From: Actinomycetes bacterium
GTDB taxonomy: Bacteria; Actinomycetota; Actinomycetes; S36-B12
Length of the DNA stretch: 40,771 bases
Reading direction: 5' to 3'
NCBI GenBank assembly: GCA_037143955.1
Contig: JBAWXR010000002.1
Location: forward strand, 1-40,771
Shown here: positions 40,443 through 40,771 of the stretch, in pieces
How positions within the stretch are numbered: the first letter of the stretch is position 1
Layout: every line of letters starts with the position of its first letter
Notes under the pieces: generated by a model
The model's database searches: none
Told to the model about the DNA's origin: nothing
The model's input: only the letters and a program-made list of their open reading frames with translations
Position numbers and translations under genes: made by a program

Positions 40443-40771
40443 TGGTTGCTGACTTTTCGGCGCCCCGCACGTTGAAGCAGCTCGACGCTGCGATCTGCGC
40501 ATGTGCGCGCTGTCCGCGGCTCATCGACTGGTGTCGTGAGGTGGCCATTACCAAGCGAGCCGCGTATGCACAGGATGACTACTGGGGTGGGCCCGTGCCG
40601 GGCTTTGGTGCGACTCGTCCCCGGATTTGGATTGTCGGACTCGCGCCGGGCGCGCACGGCGCCAATCGCACCGGACGCATGTTCACCGGCGACCGAAGCG
40701 GCGATTGGCTGTACGGAGCACTGCACCGCGCTGGCCTGGCTCCGGGCCGCACCGAGTCCGGTGCTGTTCGA
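40442..40771 (+). CDS. Uracil-DNA glycosylase, family 4/5 (4Fe-4S type), N-terminal fragment running off the window
   Basis: The frame is open from the GTG at 40442 to the end of the window. CACARCPRL cysteine cluster and active-site-like motif [19 protein letters not shown]. Confidence 0.78.
   Translation, partial: MVADFSAPRTLKQLDAAICACARCPRLIDWCREVAITKRAAYAQDDYWGGPVPGFGATRPRIWIVGLAPGAHGANRTGRMFTGDRSGDWLYGALHRAGLAPGRTESGAVR

Overview
This window is a high-GC Actinomycetota chromosomal core region, gene-dense and almost entirely on the + strand. I found no mobile elements, CRISPR arrays, rRNA, or recognisable defence or toxin modules.

Gene order:
- End of a phosphate ABC transporter (pstA', pstB), followed by two PstS-like binding proteins.
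- ppa (- strand), dacB, a PMI-like cupin, tilS, hpt.
- A gap-free chain: ftsH-folE-folP-folB-folK-DUF3180-small ORF.
- An isolated reverse-strand NuoD-like gene.
- DUF2520-panC-nadB-nadC-coaX, then lysS, a short ArgA-like GNAT and a secreted amidase.
- A reverse-strand desaturase-TetR pair, then tRNA-Gln.
- glmU-prs, rplY-pth, a CysQ-like phosphatase, mfd, a lipoprotein, mazG, DUF885, eno, ftsB, DUF501, ppx.
- A LacI regulator, a dienelactone hydrolase and the 5' end of a uracil-DNA glycosylase.

This matches two syntenic blocks known from mycobacteria (ppa to lysS, and glmU to ppx2) joined together, so most of the window is ordinary housekeeping. I see no convincing novel multi-gene system.

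The points most worth a second look:
- An orphan NuoD-like protein that appears to have lost its quinone-site residues, inserted antisense in the fol/pan array.
- A CoA/NAD hybrid operon (panC-nadB-nadC-coaX) with no panD or nadA in the window.
- PHO-box-like direct repeats in two intergenic regions.
- Twin TACG-N4-CGTA palindromes upstream of the desaturase-TetR operon.
- A probable CTG start for mfd.
- An L25 protein lacking the Ctc C-terminal domain.
- A 23-bp tandem repeat spanning the hpt stop codon.

All product calls come from motif recognition by eye. No searches were run.
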